From: Octopus sinensis
Taxonomy: Eukaryota
Length of the DNA: 64,000 nt
NCBI RefSeq assembly: GCF_006345805.1
Contig: NC_043022.1
Span: 25,358,001 to 25,422,000 of the forward strand
Direction: 5' to 3'
Positions 37,931 through 52,460 of the stretch are shown here, piece after piece (the stretch's first letter is position 1; each line of letters starts with the position of its first letter). Position numbers and translations under genes: made by a program. Below the pieces are notes generated by a model that saw nothing but the letters and a program-made list of their open reading frames with translations, searched no databases and had not been told where the DNA came from.

Positions 37931-39179
37931 GGTAGAGCTTTTCTTTTGGGGGTAAAAGAAGGGGGTTTGGTTTTCGATCAAAAGGGATCGTAAATGGAAA
38001 GAAAGAGGACAAAAAAAGGGGAGAAAAAGTTGAAAAAATAGAAAAATAGATAGGCCAATGCTGAAACCTCTACGTGGACGTCAGTCTACAAGGAAAATCA
38101 GCCAAATCTCCCTCAAACGATATTTTAACGGTTAGACCCAGAAAGTACAGCGTGGTCAGGGCGGGGACATAATTTGAACACGAGTTTGTTTAGTTAATTC
38201 TGATCTAGGGGCCATAATGTAAACATAACAACAACAGTATTGCCTGTGTTTCATTAACACCGCTGCTGCCCCATGACGACAAACAAGATAGTGGAGCTGC
38301 AAATAAATTGTCTAGAAAATAGAAATAAAGAAAAGACGGGATGGTCACGGCTGAAATATTCTTTAGATCTCGGTTCTGCTCGTTCAGAGTTGACCTGGGG
38401 CTAAGTAAGAAAAAAAAAACCCAGCAGAAATAATAACAAAGCTTAATGTCCATGTTTTAATAACAAACAGCGCATCTGAGAAACGACGATTGACCTAAGA
38501 CGACGTAACAGCTAACTTATGCCTAAATATACTGTGCGTAAAAATAATAAAACATGGGATGGCCATGGTTAGAATGCCTTTGATCATAGGTTTGCTTAAT
38601 CAGGGCTGAACTACGTCTAAACATCATTAGCAAAAACTAAAGAAAAAGACTATTAAAAAGAGTATGTTTTTGTTGAAATACTGTCTAGTGAAGAGAATCT
38701 TAAAAAATGAAAGGCGAAATATAGAATTCAAAGACTTCGTTCTTTCTCGTTTCTTTATCGCCAATTTCTTCACCGTTTTCAGTTCTGCTATTCGTTTATT
38801 TATTTTTATTTATTATTTTTTAAATATTTTCTGCAATATCTATGAAAATTTGTCATTCAGGGGTTTAAAAGTTTAATCTTATTTTTACATAATGGCCCAC
38901 GCCGAAAAAAAAATGGCTAATTTTTCGTTTAAATTACGTAAAATTCCAATTTTTATTTTATTTTTCTGTTTGTTTTTTTATTATAAATCGCGAAAACATT
39001 TTCCATTCTTTACATGCTTGTTGTTCTTCTGATTATCATTATTATTATTATAATCATTATCATTATTGTTATCATTATTATTATTATTATTATTACTACT
39101 ACTACTACATTGATATATATATTGTTTTATGTTCCATAACTTTTATAAAAATTAGTTTTTCAGAGTAATCCTGATTTTT

Positions 39180-39201
39180 GATATATATATATACATACAT
39201 A

Positions 39202-39232
<31 letters not shown>

Positions 39233-39249
39233 TATATATATATATATAT

Positions 39250-39285
<36 letters not shown>

Positions 39286-39483
39286 CATATATACATATAT
39301 ATATACATATATATATACATACATTATATACATATATATATACATATATATACATATATACATATATATATACATATATATATATACATATATACATATA
39401 TACATATATATATATACATACATTATATACATATATATACATACATACATATATATAATATACATACATATATATATACATAC

Positions 39484-39515
<32 letters not shown>

Positions 39516-39555
39516 CATATATAATACATATATATAATACATATATATATACATA

Positions 39556-39586
<31 letters not shown>

Positions 39587-39707
39587 CATATATACATATA
39601 TATATACATATATATATATACATATATATACATATATACATATATATATACATACATATACATACATATATACATATATACATATATATATACATACATA
39701 TATATAT

Positions 39708-39751
<44 letters not shown>

Positions 39752-39780
39752 CATATATATATATATATTGATATATATTT
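39180..39780. repeat. (TA/TACA)n microsatellite
   Basis: Direct reading. Confidence 0.95.
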
Positions 39781-40056
39781 CACATAATGGAACTAAATAT
39801 CTTACAGTGCCTTTCTTTTTCTTTTTAATTTAAGTGACGCGGCAGAAAAAAATACTTCTGGTATAGCAGAGCCAACAACACCAAAAACGACAACGACGAC
39901 GACGATGATTATGACGGCCATACTTTCGAACGCTTCATTTTAATTTTTTTTTTTCCTTAATTTTATAAAAAGAAAAAAATAATACTTAATAAAACCTAGT
40001 AGTAGTAGTAGTAGTAGTAGTAAGTAGTAGTAGTAGTAGTAGTAGTAAAGATAGTG

Positions 40057-40090
<34 letters not shown>

Positions 40091-40140
40091 TAATAATAAT
40101 AATAATAATAATGATAATAATAATAATAATAATAATAATG

Positions 40141-40193
<53 letters not shown>

Positions 40194-40734
40194 CGTTCCG
40201 TTTTATCCTACATTGCTTGTTGCTGGTATTGTTTTGTTGTGTTGTTTTTTTAAATTTTCATTTTCTTTTGTCTTTCTTTTATTCTCCTCCACTTAGGAGT
40301 TTCACGTTTTCTATTAACTTTGCGTTTACTTCTCTGTTTGCTTGTTTATGTGTTCTTTTTCTTTTTTTTTTGTTGAATTTGATTTCTATTTTTATGAAAC
40401 ATTTATGAAATTTTACGACACGTTTTTTGGGTTTTTTTTTTTTTTTTTAGTTTTTTCTTAACAAGAAATGATTTTAGTTTTGATTTTGTCTTTTGATTTT
40501 TTTTTTGTTTTTTTTTCAAACTTTGCAAACATTTAAGCATTTGATTTGGGGGGTTTTATCTCGTGTTTTTTGTTTATTTTTAGTTGGTCTTTATGAGGCG
40601 GGGGGGGGGAGAGGGTGCATTACATAAAAACATAAAATAATGGTTATTGTTTCTGTTCTTTATATTCTCCGTCTCTTACGTAATAGCCAATATTTTGCCG
40701 AAAAACACTATCAAAAACATTGCTAGTGCCATAT

Positions 40735-40744
40735 ATTATTATTA

Positions 40745-40787
<43 letters not shown>

Positions 40788-42030
40788 CATCATGATTATT
40801 ATTATTATATTATTATTATTATTATTACAAACATCAGTAGCAAACAAGAAAAGCGACGGCAGCCAAAAAACTTCATAGCACGTGGAGTATGTCCATCACC
40901 ATCATCATCGCCAACCACAACGACGCCACCACAATGGCCAACAAGCACCATTATACTACCAGTAATACTTCACCAAAGCCACTATCGCCAACTACACAGC
41001 ATTACAACCATCATCATCAGTATCGGTGGTACTTCTACCAACATCACGGCTACCACCAACGACACCATTACTACAAATATATCCAACATTTATCGTCGCC
41101 ATCAGCCGCCATCAGCAACGCCATTACAGTTATTATCCCACCAATCACCATCACCGCCAACTTCCATCATAACCGTCAATATCAACCACCATCACCCCCA
41201 GCATCACCACCACCACCACCATCACTGTAATCATTTCCAATACCACCACAATCACTACCATCATCATCATTATCATCATCACCACCACCACCACCATCAC
41301 TGCAATCATCTCCAATACCACCAAAATCACTACCATCATCATCATTATCATCACCACCACCATCACTAATCATCTCCAATACCACCACAATCACTACCAT
41401 CATCATCACCAACGCCACCACCATCGCTGCAATCCCCATCTCCAATACCACCACAACAACTACCATCATCATCATTATCATCATCACCAACGCCACCACC
41501 ATCGCTGCAATCCCCATCTCCAATACCACCACAACCACTACCATCATCATCATTATCATCATCACCACCACCACCACCACCACCATCGCTGCAATCATTT
41601 CCAATACCACCACAACCACTACCATCATCATCATTATCATCATCACCAACGTCACCACCATCGTTGCAATCCCCATCTCCAATACCACCACAACCACTAC
41701 CATCATCATCATCATCATCACCAACGCCACCACCATCGCTGCAATCCCCATCTCCAATACCACCACAACCACTACCATCATCATCATCATCATCACCAAC
41801 GCCACTACCATCATCATCATCATCATCACCACCAACGCCACCACCATCGCTGCAATCCCCATCTCCAATACCACCATAACCACTACCATCATCATCATCA
41901 TCATCTTCCTCACCAGCTTCACCGCAACCATCACTCTCCATTATCTTTCTTAGCAAAGCCATTACCACCACTACCACCACCACCACCACCACCACCAACA
42001 CCACCACCACCACTACCGCCGCCATCACTA
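40735..42030. repeat. (TAT)n plus (CAT/CAC)-based minisatellite with a ~60-70-bp higher-order unit
   Basis: Repeated caccatcgctgcaatccccatctccaataccaccacaaccactaccatcatcatc at 41150-41900. Confidence 0.9.
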
Positions 42031-42509
42031 CCAACACCAAATCATGGCTGAACTTTCGCTGCTAAATAATATACGCCATATTAATAATGTCTAAAAAAAA
42101 TCTTAATGTGATCATTATGTAAGTGTACCCATAATCCTCAATGGATGACGGCTCACCTAAATTCTCTTTTGGAGTTTTTCATGTTGATGTTGTTTCCGGA
42201 TATTTGTTAGCATTGTTGGTATTATTGCTGATATTTTTAATATTCCACTACGCATGATTCGCCAGCAAGTAAGAAATTGTGTTGAGTAATCGTATATGAG
42301 CTTCTGGTAGAGCGCCGTTTGTAGGAGTTATATATATATATATATATACATATATGTATAAGTCAATCTTCTTTATATGTATATATATATATGTGTGTGT
42401 ATATATATATATGTATGTGTGTGTATATATATATATATGTATGTATGTGTGTGTATATATATATATGTATGTATGTGTGTGTATATATATATATGTATGT
42501 ATGTGTGTG

Positions 42510-42559
<50 letters not shown>

Positions 42560-42694
42560 AGATAGACTCTCATAAATGTTTGAATATCCTTTTCATAGTG
42601 AGTTAATGTTTTACTCTTTTATATATATCCAAAGGCATATATTCTGAGCGCACGTCTGCTTATGCGTTAGTATATGTGCGTAGTATGTATATAA

Positions 42695-42743
<49 letters not shown>

Positions 42744-43462
42744 ATATATATATATATATACACACACATCCAAATACATATATGCATACACAAATATACA
42801 TGCATATAGATATGTGTGTATGTGTGTGTAAATATATATATGTATGTATGTATATGTTTTGTTTATAGATATTTCATTATTATGTTCAGTTCTGCTTTCA
42901 TTATGGTCACTAGCATCATCATTGTCGTTATCGTAGTCATCGCTGATGTTTACACAATCTGTACGGTGTTTAAATTGTTCTAAATGATGTGCTTTTGTTA
43001 CGAGTGATCATCTTCGTTGCTGCTGTGTATGTTCTTCTTTACTGTTATGTTAGCAGTCTTAATATCACTGGGTGCTTTTCACCGCCTAATCGACCACTCC
43101 CTGTTCTCCAAATTCATATCTGAAACCTAGATACTGAAATGTTTTTATAAAATTATTTTAACATTTTCTGTCTTGACTTTTTTTTCCATATATATATGCA
43201 TGCGAGCGCAGGGGTAGACAAGGCGGAAAAAATAGTATTCGAATACTAAAGTTCTAAAGGTAGTGAAAAATACGGTGCTTTATTGAAGCTTAGATATTTT
43301 GTAAATTGTTACTCCAAGTTTCACGTAAGTGATCATCAAATAAAAGTGAAGTTTTAGAACAATGGTTTATAAATGGCTTTAAATGATGCAAGCAAGAATA
43401 GTTGACAAATAATTAAAGCGAACATTTGAAGCTGATTTCAGTCAAAATATTATAAACATTTA

Positions 43463-43625
43463 TAGGCACAGGCATGGCTGTGTGGTAAGAAGCTTCCTTC
43501 TCAACCACATGGTTCCGGGTTCAATCCCACTACACGGCACTTTGAGCAAGTGTCTTCTACTATAGCCTCGGGACAACCAAAGCCTTGTGAGCGGATTTGG
43601 TGGACGGAAACTGAAAGAGGTCTGT
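43463..43625 (+). mobile_element. SINE family A, 5' half
   Basis: Head and core run into a TA/CA microsatellite. Confidence 0.8.
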
Positions 43626-43647
43626 CATATATATATATATATATATG

Positions 43648-43750
<103 letters not shown>

Positions 43751-44519
43751 CAGAAAACTGAGGGCGAATACGAGAAGGCATACATTAGATAAAAAAATAG
43801 GCTGAGAGAGATCTAGTGTTGAGGTTGAGAAATGAAACAATCGTTGATACGCTTGTTACTTGTTGTGAGGAAAGAAAGCAAAAGAACAGAGACACAAAAT
43901 AAATGGTCGAAATTAAGGGATGGAATATGATTTAAAAATCTGAGAACATGAAAGAGTACATAAAAAGTGCATTGAAACGAAGAATTCAAAGAACCCAAAA
44001 CGGGAGCAAAAATTAAAAACTTAATAGATTTTTAGTAAAAATCAAGCAAAACCTATGTCATTATCAATGGAGAGGTATGTAAAACTAAGAATGAAATGCG
44101 ACAGTCAAGAGTAATCATGAAACAAAAGAAAAATCAGGGAAGTATCTAGTATATTCCAAATACTGATGATAACGGTAACAATTGGTGGTAGAGAGAAATG
44201 TCTACGCACATCAGTCGATGGAAGAGGCGTCAGAATCAAGTATTTTGAACAGAGTGTCCGTAACGGTTTAATAATTCAAATATTAGGTCTAAAGCTGATT
44301 TGTTTTGAAATTGGGTAAACTACTTTTCAGGAGTTTACGACGGGTATCTAATGGAATATCGATAAAAGACATGTCCGTGTGGTCATACATTTGCTAAAGC
44401 CGATCTGCAAATTTTGAAAGGAGCGAAACCAGATTCATTTAATAACTATATTCAACGGTGGTGCCCCAGCACGGCCGCAGCTTTCGGGCTGAAACATTTT
44501 TAAGGATTTAAGGATTTAA

Positions 44520-45330
44520 CCATATGTATTTGGAGAAACTCTTTGAAGAACTATTTTTCCGGATACTCAAGTGAATTTGGCCAGGGGTAAGATTTGTAAG
44601 TAAGGCTGTGACCTATTTGGTTGTTAGCCATATACACTATAGCTTTACTCAAGAAGTGACCATTAAGAGCGACGTTGCTGAGATCTACACAATTATATTT
44701 TAGATGATGTTCATTTCTATTGACATTGAAGATCTTGTTCACTTCATATTAGATTATCGACAAGACGAAGTTATTTTGACAAGAATAGTAAGCCTTCGAG
44801 GTGCTTCTACTGGGTATTCCATAATTCCTATACTCTCAGGGAAAATGTCTAGACACTAAGTTTAAGAATTCACTCGCTACATTTGTCTCTATATTCATAC
44901 TCAATGTCAGACTGCACTGCAAAACCCTTCTGGTCCAACTTCTGCGATATCTACCGGGGATATTTTCAGCGCCCTGGTAATGGATCTGCTTTAGGGTGTC
45001 ATTGTCAGAAGGTGAGGTTGCATTGAAAGCCGCCTCATCCAACGACTACGAAGAGATTAGCTAACTTATATCATGAACAATATTCCGAAAGATTATAAGC
45101 GAATGGTTGGAATTTTCATTCACACAGAATCGCCTTTCATTAGGCTTATGATAAGGCCTAAAACTGCTAGTTTCTAGTGCTAAAGTAGCATCTAAGAAAT
45201 TGATACTACTAAAATTCGTATGATAAGTGATGTTTAAATTCACCCAGTGGAAGAATGTAATGAGATATTTCCTAAATCTGTCTAAACCCGTACTCCGTTC
45301 ATATTATGGTTAATAATAAACCCTTTCGCT
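44520..45330 (-). pseudogene. Penelope-like element relic (RT C-terminus, linker, start of GIY-YIG region)
   Basis: DRFRKYLITFF..LNITYHTNFSSINFLDATL..RPYHKPN..NSNHS; NIETNVASEFLNLVSRHFP; YYSC; LNGHFLSKAIVYMA; SKYIWL. Matches Penelope (Neptune/Poseidon-type) motif order from recall. Confidence 0.7.
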
Positions 45331-45744
45331 TTCCAGCCTCTTATCAGATATTAGCATCATAATCATGTTACCACTATGGCTACCACTATAATCATCACAG
45401 CCGCTAGCGTCATTGCTATCATACCACCACAACCGCCGCCATTCCTACCAATGGTTCCCTACACCAATACGTAACGTTTCTTTTTATTCAGCTTTATTTA
45501 ACTTGTTAGTAATATTCGTTTTTGGTTTTCCTTCGACGGTCAATTCAATCGATTCCATTAATTATCGAATCACCTTCAAATGTTTATTTGATCATTTGCA
45601 ATTATTCCTCATTGCACTATTTAAAATAATTATCAGGTGATCGGTGACGTGAAACTCAGAATCAAAGGTGCAATTCTTCGCGGAGATTGAGCAGTAGTCT
45701 TTGCATTTGCGAAGTTCTACATCTTCAGTAAAACAATTCACATT

Positions 45745-46070
45745 GGCGCGTGGCTTAGTGGTTAGGGTAATCAGCTCGCGATCTTACAATCGTGAGTTCG
45801 TTTCTCGACGGCGCGTTATGACCTTGAGCAAGACATTTCATTTCATGTTACTCCAGTCTTCTCAGCTGGCAAAAATGAGTTGCACCTGTTATTCAAAGGG
45901 GCCAGCCTTGTCACATTGTGTGTCGCGCTGAATCTCCATGAGAACCATGTTAGGCATACGCGTATCTGTGGAGTCCTCAGCCACTTGACCGTTAATTTCA
46001 CGAGCAGGTCGTTCTATTGATTGGATGAACTGGAACCTTCGTCGGTGTAACCGACGGAGTGCCAGGAAAG
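45745..46070 (+). mobile_element. SINE family C, full length
   Basis: tRNA-like head; body homologous to 4240-4482. Confidence 0.8.
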
Positions 46071-46207
46071 AACAATCTACATACACATAAAAATGTGGAA
46101 ATATAATATAAATGTATGTATATGGTCTTCCTTGTACCACACTACTGAACCTCCAACCTTCTCAACTGAATTCGGTATCGCGTGTGTATATATATTTCTC
46201 TCTCCCC

Positions 46208-46246
<39 letters not shown>

Positions 46247-46450
46247 GGTGCGTGGCCGAGTAGTTACTTTGTTACCCTCACGATCGCCGGATCGTGGGTT
46301 CGATTCCCAGACCGGGCGGTGCGTTATGTTCTTGAGCAAAATACTTCATTTCACGTTGCTACAGCCCTCCTTTCGATCATATATATATGTGGCTCTGTGT
46401 GTATGAGTGTGTGTGTGTATGTGTGTGTGTGTATTTTCCCTCTCTACACC

Positions 46451-46680
46451 TATTTCTTTACTACCCACAAGGGGCTAAACATAGAGAGAACAAACAAGGA
46501 CAGACAAACGGATTAAGTCGATTATATTAACCCCAGTGCGTAACTGGTACTCAATTTATCGACCCCGAAAGGATGAAAGGCAAAGTCGCCCTCAGCGGAA
46601 TTTGAACTCAGAACGTTGCGACAGACGAAATACTGCTAAGCATTTCACCCGGCATGCTAACGTTTCTGCCACTCACCGCC
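46451..46680 (-). mobile_element. SINE family B nested in a SINE microsatellite region
   Basis: Family match; tacacc on both sides; SINE A tail follows at 46681-46865. Confidence 0.85.
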
Positions 46681-47122
46681 TACACCACTTGACAACCGAT
46701 GCTTATGTGGTTTACGTCCTAGTAACTTAACGGTTCGGCAAAAGACACTGATAGAATAAGTATCAAGCTTAACAAAAGAATAAGTATTGGGGTTGATTCA
46801 TTCGACTAAAGCTTCTCTTAGGCGGTGCTCCAGCAGGGCCACAGTGTAATGACTGAAACAGGGTGAAAGACACGCGCATGCGCATGCGCACGCACGCACA
46901 CACAGACAGACAGGCAGAGCCGTTGATTCTGTCCATTGCTACTCAGAGTTCTCTTTCCCAAGTGATCGTTCACCTTGACATTTACCTGGCGGAAAACTCC
47001 GAGGAACAACGGAGTGAATCAACAGCTGCCTCCGATGAATATAAACCCTTGCAGCCTTTATTGAGTACTTTTTTCGTTTTATTTGCAGCACCACCGCCCA
47101 AAAGAGAAACATGCATATTAAT

Positions 47123-47247
47123 ACGTACGTACATGGAAACGTACGTACATGGAAACGTACGTACATGGAAACGTACGTACATGGAAACGTACGTACATGG
47201 AAACGTACGTACATGGAAACGTACGTACATGGAAACGTACGTACATG
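47123..47247. repeat. 16-bp minisatellite (ACGTACGTACATGGAA) x ~7.7
   Basis: Perfect 16-bp period. Confidence 0.95.
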
Positions 47248-47348
47248 CGTGCATATAGACATACATGCACACACCCGCTTACACACGCATAGTCTTACCA
47301 TACTAACTCATTTTCCCTATTTCCTTTTCCTCCATTATTCCTTACCCC

Positions 47349-47400
<52 letters not shown>

Positions 47401-47516
47401 TCATCTTTATGTGTATATATATATGTGTGTACATTTTTAGTACTCACATCTATGTGTTTGTTGTCTGTTGTACGTACGCTTTTGCCTTTCTCTCACTTCC
47501 CTCCCGGACCACCTCC

Positions 47517-47558
<42 letters not shown>

Positions 47559-47884
47559 TCCGTATCGTCCATGAAGGAAGCGGTGTGTTATGAACCGTTA
47601 CTAAATTATCCTTTCATGGCATGAGCATGCGCAGTATTTCATTATTAAGTTAATGCAAAAGGTGTCGAGACAGACCGATGGTGATTGGCAGCAGGTGGGA
47701 ATGAGTGGGGTGGGGAGGAGAAAGGGAACGATATGGGTATGTGTGTGTGTGTGTGTGTGTGTTTGCGTAAATGTTTGTGTGTGTTTGTATACACACAAGC
47801 ATACATAAATACAAAAGTGTATATAAATATATGCATATGCTAGACATACATACATATATTTCCACATATATGCATACACTTAGA

Positions 47885-47949
47885 TTATATATATATATAT
47901 ACATATGTATACATGTATATATATATAATATATATATATATATATAATA

Positions 47950-47994
<45 letters not shown>

Positions 47995-48354
47995 ATATAT
48001 ATATATATGTATACATGTGTATATATATATATACATATATGTATATATATATACATATATATACATGTATACTATACATATATATACATGTATACATATA
48101 CATAAAGATATATATATACATGTATACATATACATATAGATATATATATATACACACATGTATACATATATATATATATATATATACATACATGTATACA
48201 TATATATATATACATATACACACATGTATACATTATATATATACATATACACACATGTATACATATATATATATATACAATATATACACACATGTATACA
48301 TATATATATATATATATATATACATATATATACACATAACATATACACACATGT

Positions 48355-48395
<41 letters not shown>

Positions 48396-48481
48396 TATAC
48401 ATATACATACACACATGTATACATATTATATAATTATATATATAATATACATATACATACATATACATATATAATATATAC

Positions 48482-48525
<44 letters not shown>
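47885..48525. repeat. (TA/TACA)n microsatellite
   Basis: Direct reading. Confidence 0.95.
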
Positions 48526-48529
<4 letters not shown>

Positions 48530-49323
48530 TGTTATGTTTTAAGTTTAATTCTTTGTTGGAGGTGATAGGACGGAGTGGAACATGAATTTTCGTATTTGTT
48601 TTGCTGTTTTGTTGGATTTTTTCTTGTTTATCTTCCTTTTCTTTTTCATTTTTTTTTTTTTCTATTTTTCATCACACACCATTTAGCTATGGTGGATTAA
48701 GTATTGTTTAATAATGAAAAGATACACCGAACACAACAACAAAAAACAATAACAAAGGCACAGTTTTTTAAAGAAAACAAAAAAAAAAGCAATATATGAA
48801 AAACGGAAAACTAAGGATACAGAGTTAGCAACATGAATCATTTATCGTTAGTTTCGTATTAAACAATAACTAATGCAAAAACCGGAAAGACGAAATGCAA
48901 GAAGTAAAATAATAAACAACAGAATAAAAACAGAAAAGATAGTATTACAATAGAAAATTCTAGAAAATAAAAGAAAAAGGAACAAAGAAGAAATACAGAG
49001 GAAATGGTAACAAAAAACATAAGATGGGGTGTGGTTTGGATAAGGAAAAGGATTATCTTTAGGGAGTTTCTTATCTGACAGATTTCGGTTGCATTTAATT
49101 ATATCAGTTCCTGCAGTAGTAATAGTAGTAGTAGTTGTTGCTGGAACCAAAATCTTGGAAGCCACCAAAAGAGAAAAGAATGAAATCAAATGAGAGAAGA
49201 GAAAGGGTCAACAAAAAAACCTCGTTTTCCATTAATATTACCATATTGTCAATGCCATTCGTCTACAGAGTCATCAATTGCTCTACAGAGTCATTTAATG
49301 GCCATCACCATAAAGGAAGCATT

Positions 49324-49324
<1 letters not shown>

Positions 49325-49354
<30 letters not shown>

Positions 49355-49578
49355 TGCGCCCTTTTTCAAGCCTAACCAGGCTCGTGGGCCCGGTTTCCCG
49401 GTTTCTGTGGCGTATGTGTTCCCCCCCCCCCCAGCTGCACGGGACGCCAGTCCGTCGCAGCGTTACTCAAGAAACAGGAAGAAAGAGTGAGAGAAAGTTG
49501 TGGCGAAAGAGTACAACAGGGGTCACTACCACCCCCTGTCGGAGCCTGTTGCCCTAACCACTGGGCCATTGCGCCTTC
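49325..49578 (-). mobile_element. SINE family D (short form) with (TAAA)n tail
   Basis: Head gaaggcgcaatggcccagtggttagggc; V-domain-like gcgacggactggcgtcccgt. Confidence 0.7.
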
Positions 49579-49634
49579 ACAAAGGAAGCATTAGAAAAGA
49601 CAAAACGAAATTTTCGAGTACAAGATAAAACTGA

Positions 49635-49807
49635 AGGCGATGTTGTTGCTTGTGTGGTAAGTAGCTTGCTAACTAACCACATGGTTCCGGGTTCAGTCCC
49701 ACTGCGTGGCATCTTGAGCAAGTGTCTTCTGCTATAGCCACGAGCCTACCAATGTCTTGTGAGTGGATTTGGTATACGGAAACTGAAAGAAGCCTGTCGT
49801 ATATATG

Positions 49808-49844
<37 letters not shown>

Positions 49845-50086
49845 TTGTGTGTCTGTGTTTGTGTGTCTGTGTGTTTGTGTCTGTGTTTGTCCCCCCTAGC
49901 ATTGCTTGACAACCGATGCTGGTGTGTTTACGTCCCCGTCACTTAGCGGTTCGGCAAAATAGACCAATAGAATAAGTACTGGGCTTACAAAGAATAAGTC
50001 CTGGGGTCGATTTGCTCGACTAAAGGTGGTGCTCCAGCATGGCCGCAGTCAAATGACTGAAACAAGTAAAAGAGTAAGGAGTAAAA

Positions 50087-50090
<4 letters not shown>
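49635..50090 (+). mobile_element. SINE family A
   Basis: Near-consensus copy. Confidence 0.9.
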
Positions 50091-50126
<36 letters not shown>

Positions 50127-50473
50127 AGTGCTTCCAGTCATAACTTCACCGACATTTTTTGTTTAAGTCTAGTACTACATCATTCAATGTTTTCTTCGCT
50201 GTTCTTGTTGGTCCTGTTATTGTCATTATTATTCTCATTGTTGTTGTTGTTGTTTTATCGCTTACTCAGCGGGAACGGATGGCTCCCTTGCAGTTTCAAC
50301 ATGCAGTGTTACACAGTCTATGCATGATATATTGACTCATAAATAGGCGAGCAGACAGAGCTACGAGAGGCCAGCGGTTAGCAGAATAACAAGATGCACT
50401 GTGGAGGTTCATAGCGAGAGATATACGACACATCTGTCCAGCTCAGGAAAACGCTATACGTTCTGATATCTCT

Positions 50474-50702
50474 GGCGGCGAGCTGGCAGAACCGTTAGCA
50501 CGCTGGGCGAAATGCGTAGCCGTATTTCGTCTGCCTTTACGTTCTGAGTTCAAATTCCGCCGAGGTCGACTTTGCCTTTCATCCTTTCGGGGTCGATAAA
50601 TTAAGTACCAGTTACGCACTGGGGTCGATGTAATCGACTTAATCCGTTTGTCTGTCCTTGTTTGTCTCCTCTATGTTTAGCCCCTTGTGGATAATAAAGA
50701 AA
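50474..50702 (+). mobile_element. SINE family B
   Basis: Near-consensus copy. Confidence 0.9.
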
Positions 50703-50789
50703 CAGATATCCAGCAGGCTCAGTCTCCCTGAGTGCCGTGTTGTAGGATGGACATGTATTTTGTTCTTTTTTATCTTTTACGTGTTCCAG

Positions 50790-50961
50790 TCATGGGGCAT
50801 CGCCTTGCAGAATTTTTAGAGGCAAAAATCGGTCCCAGTACTTATATATTGCTAAACCTGAATCTTATTCTATCAGTCGCTTTTGGTCGAACCGCTAATG
50901 TTACAGAAATGTGAACATGCCAAAAGCGGTTGTCAAGCAGTTGTGGACAAACAGACACGAA

Positions 50962-51000
<39 letters not shown>

Positions 51001-51250
51001 CGCGTGCTTGTGTGTGTGTGTGCATCTTCATGTCTGTCTGTCCACCACAACTGCTTTTGGCATGTTCACACACACACACGACGGGTTTCTTCCAGTTTCC
51101 GTCTGCCAAATCCATTCACAAGGTTTTGATCGGCCCATAATCGGCCTGAGATACAAAAGAAGATACTTGCCCAAGGTGTCACACCGTGGGACTGAACCCG
51201 AACTATGTTGTTGGGAAGCAAGCTACTCACCATATAACCACGCCTGCGCC
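50790..51250 (-). mobile_element. SINE family A (diverged)
   Basis: Reverse-complement head, core and tail. Confidence 0.75.
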
Positions 51251-52460
51251 AGTCATAATGAAGTCGAGAACAATTAAGTAACCAGGGCTATCATAATACG
51301 TCTGTCTACAGTGGGAAGCCGAGCATTTAAGTGGTCGTTACACTTTACTCGGACACCAGCCTGTTACAGGGTTAACCCCAGGTGCTGTTGTTGATGGTAG
51401 TGGTACAGACGAATGGACTGGATGGATATGCATTGCTCTAGGGACACAGTGTGCCACTCGGTCCGAGAATCGAACTCACGTCTTTATGTCATGAGCTCAG
51501 CGTCCTAACCACCAGGTTGCGTGCCTTCACGTCTAGCAGTAGTGGGAAGAAGAAGAGGAAGAAGAAGAAGAAGGAGGAGGAGAGGGAGGAGGGGGATGAA
51601 AGGAGGAGGGAGAAGAGAAGGGTGTGGAAAAGGAAAGGAAGCGGAGAACGGAAGAAAGATGAGGAGATGAAGACGAGGAGAAGGGAAGGAAGATGAGAAG
51701 AGAAGGAAGGCGGAGAGGAAAAGGAGAAGGGGAGAAGGAAAAGAGGAACGAAAAAAGGAGGGAAAGAAAAGAGGAGGAAAGGAAGGGGGAGGAAAGGAAG
51801 GAAGGAAGGAAGGAAGGAAAGAAGGAAGGAACAGGAGGTAATGGAAGTCTGATTGCGCTCCGTTTATGTCCTTCTTTAGAAAAGAATTTAAGATAAAAAC
51901 TTTAATTTGACCAGAATATCGAAACCTGGACTCCATCTGCTTAGAAATACAACCAGCGCCCAATAGATCGAGGCTAATGTGGGCGAGTGACTCGTATTTT
52001 AATAATAATGAAAATAAAAATATCACTAGGCTTGCCCCTAAACTACTTCCGGTCTCATAACTTACAAAAGGTAAACTGCAAGTCTAACAAGAATGTTTCA
52101 TAATTTCATCCTGATTGAATCTTTACTTTCTCGGTTCATATCACAAATAGCTTTGTCTTGGTGTATATAACGGTGTATGAATGTTGTCGAGCAAATGCTC
52201 AAGGCAAGAAATATCTCAATTATGTTCTATTGTGCGTAAAATAATTTTCGTCTAATACTATTCGTCCATTTTTGGTAAATTTTATTTGTGAAACAATACG
52301 TAGTTTCAAGAAGCAGCCATAAGTTTACCAGCACGTGTTAGAAATAACTGTTAGACAAGCTTTTATGTACAGAAGGATCTAATGTGTGAGTGTGCGGGAA
52401 TGGGGTAGGCGCAGAATGGGGGACTGGTTAAGAAATTAGCTTTCCACCTACGAAGGTCTT

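Noticed and set aside
45745-45820. tRNA genes at SINE heads
   Set aside because: A/B boxes are present but there is no full cloverleaf; each continues into a SINE body.
47123-47247. CRISPR-like array
   Set aside because: Contiguous 16-bp units with no spacers, in a eukaryotic context.
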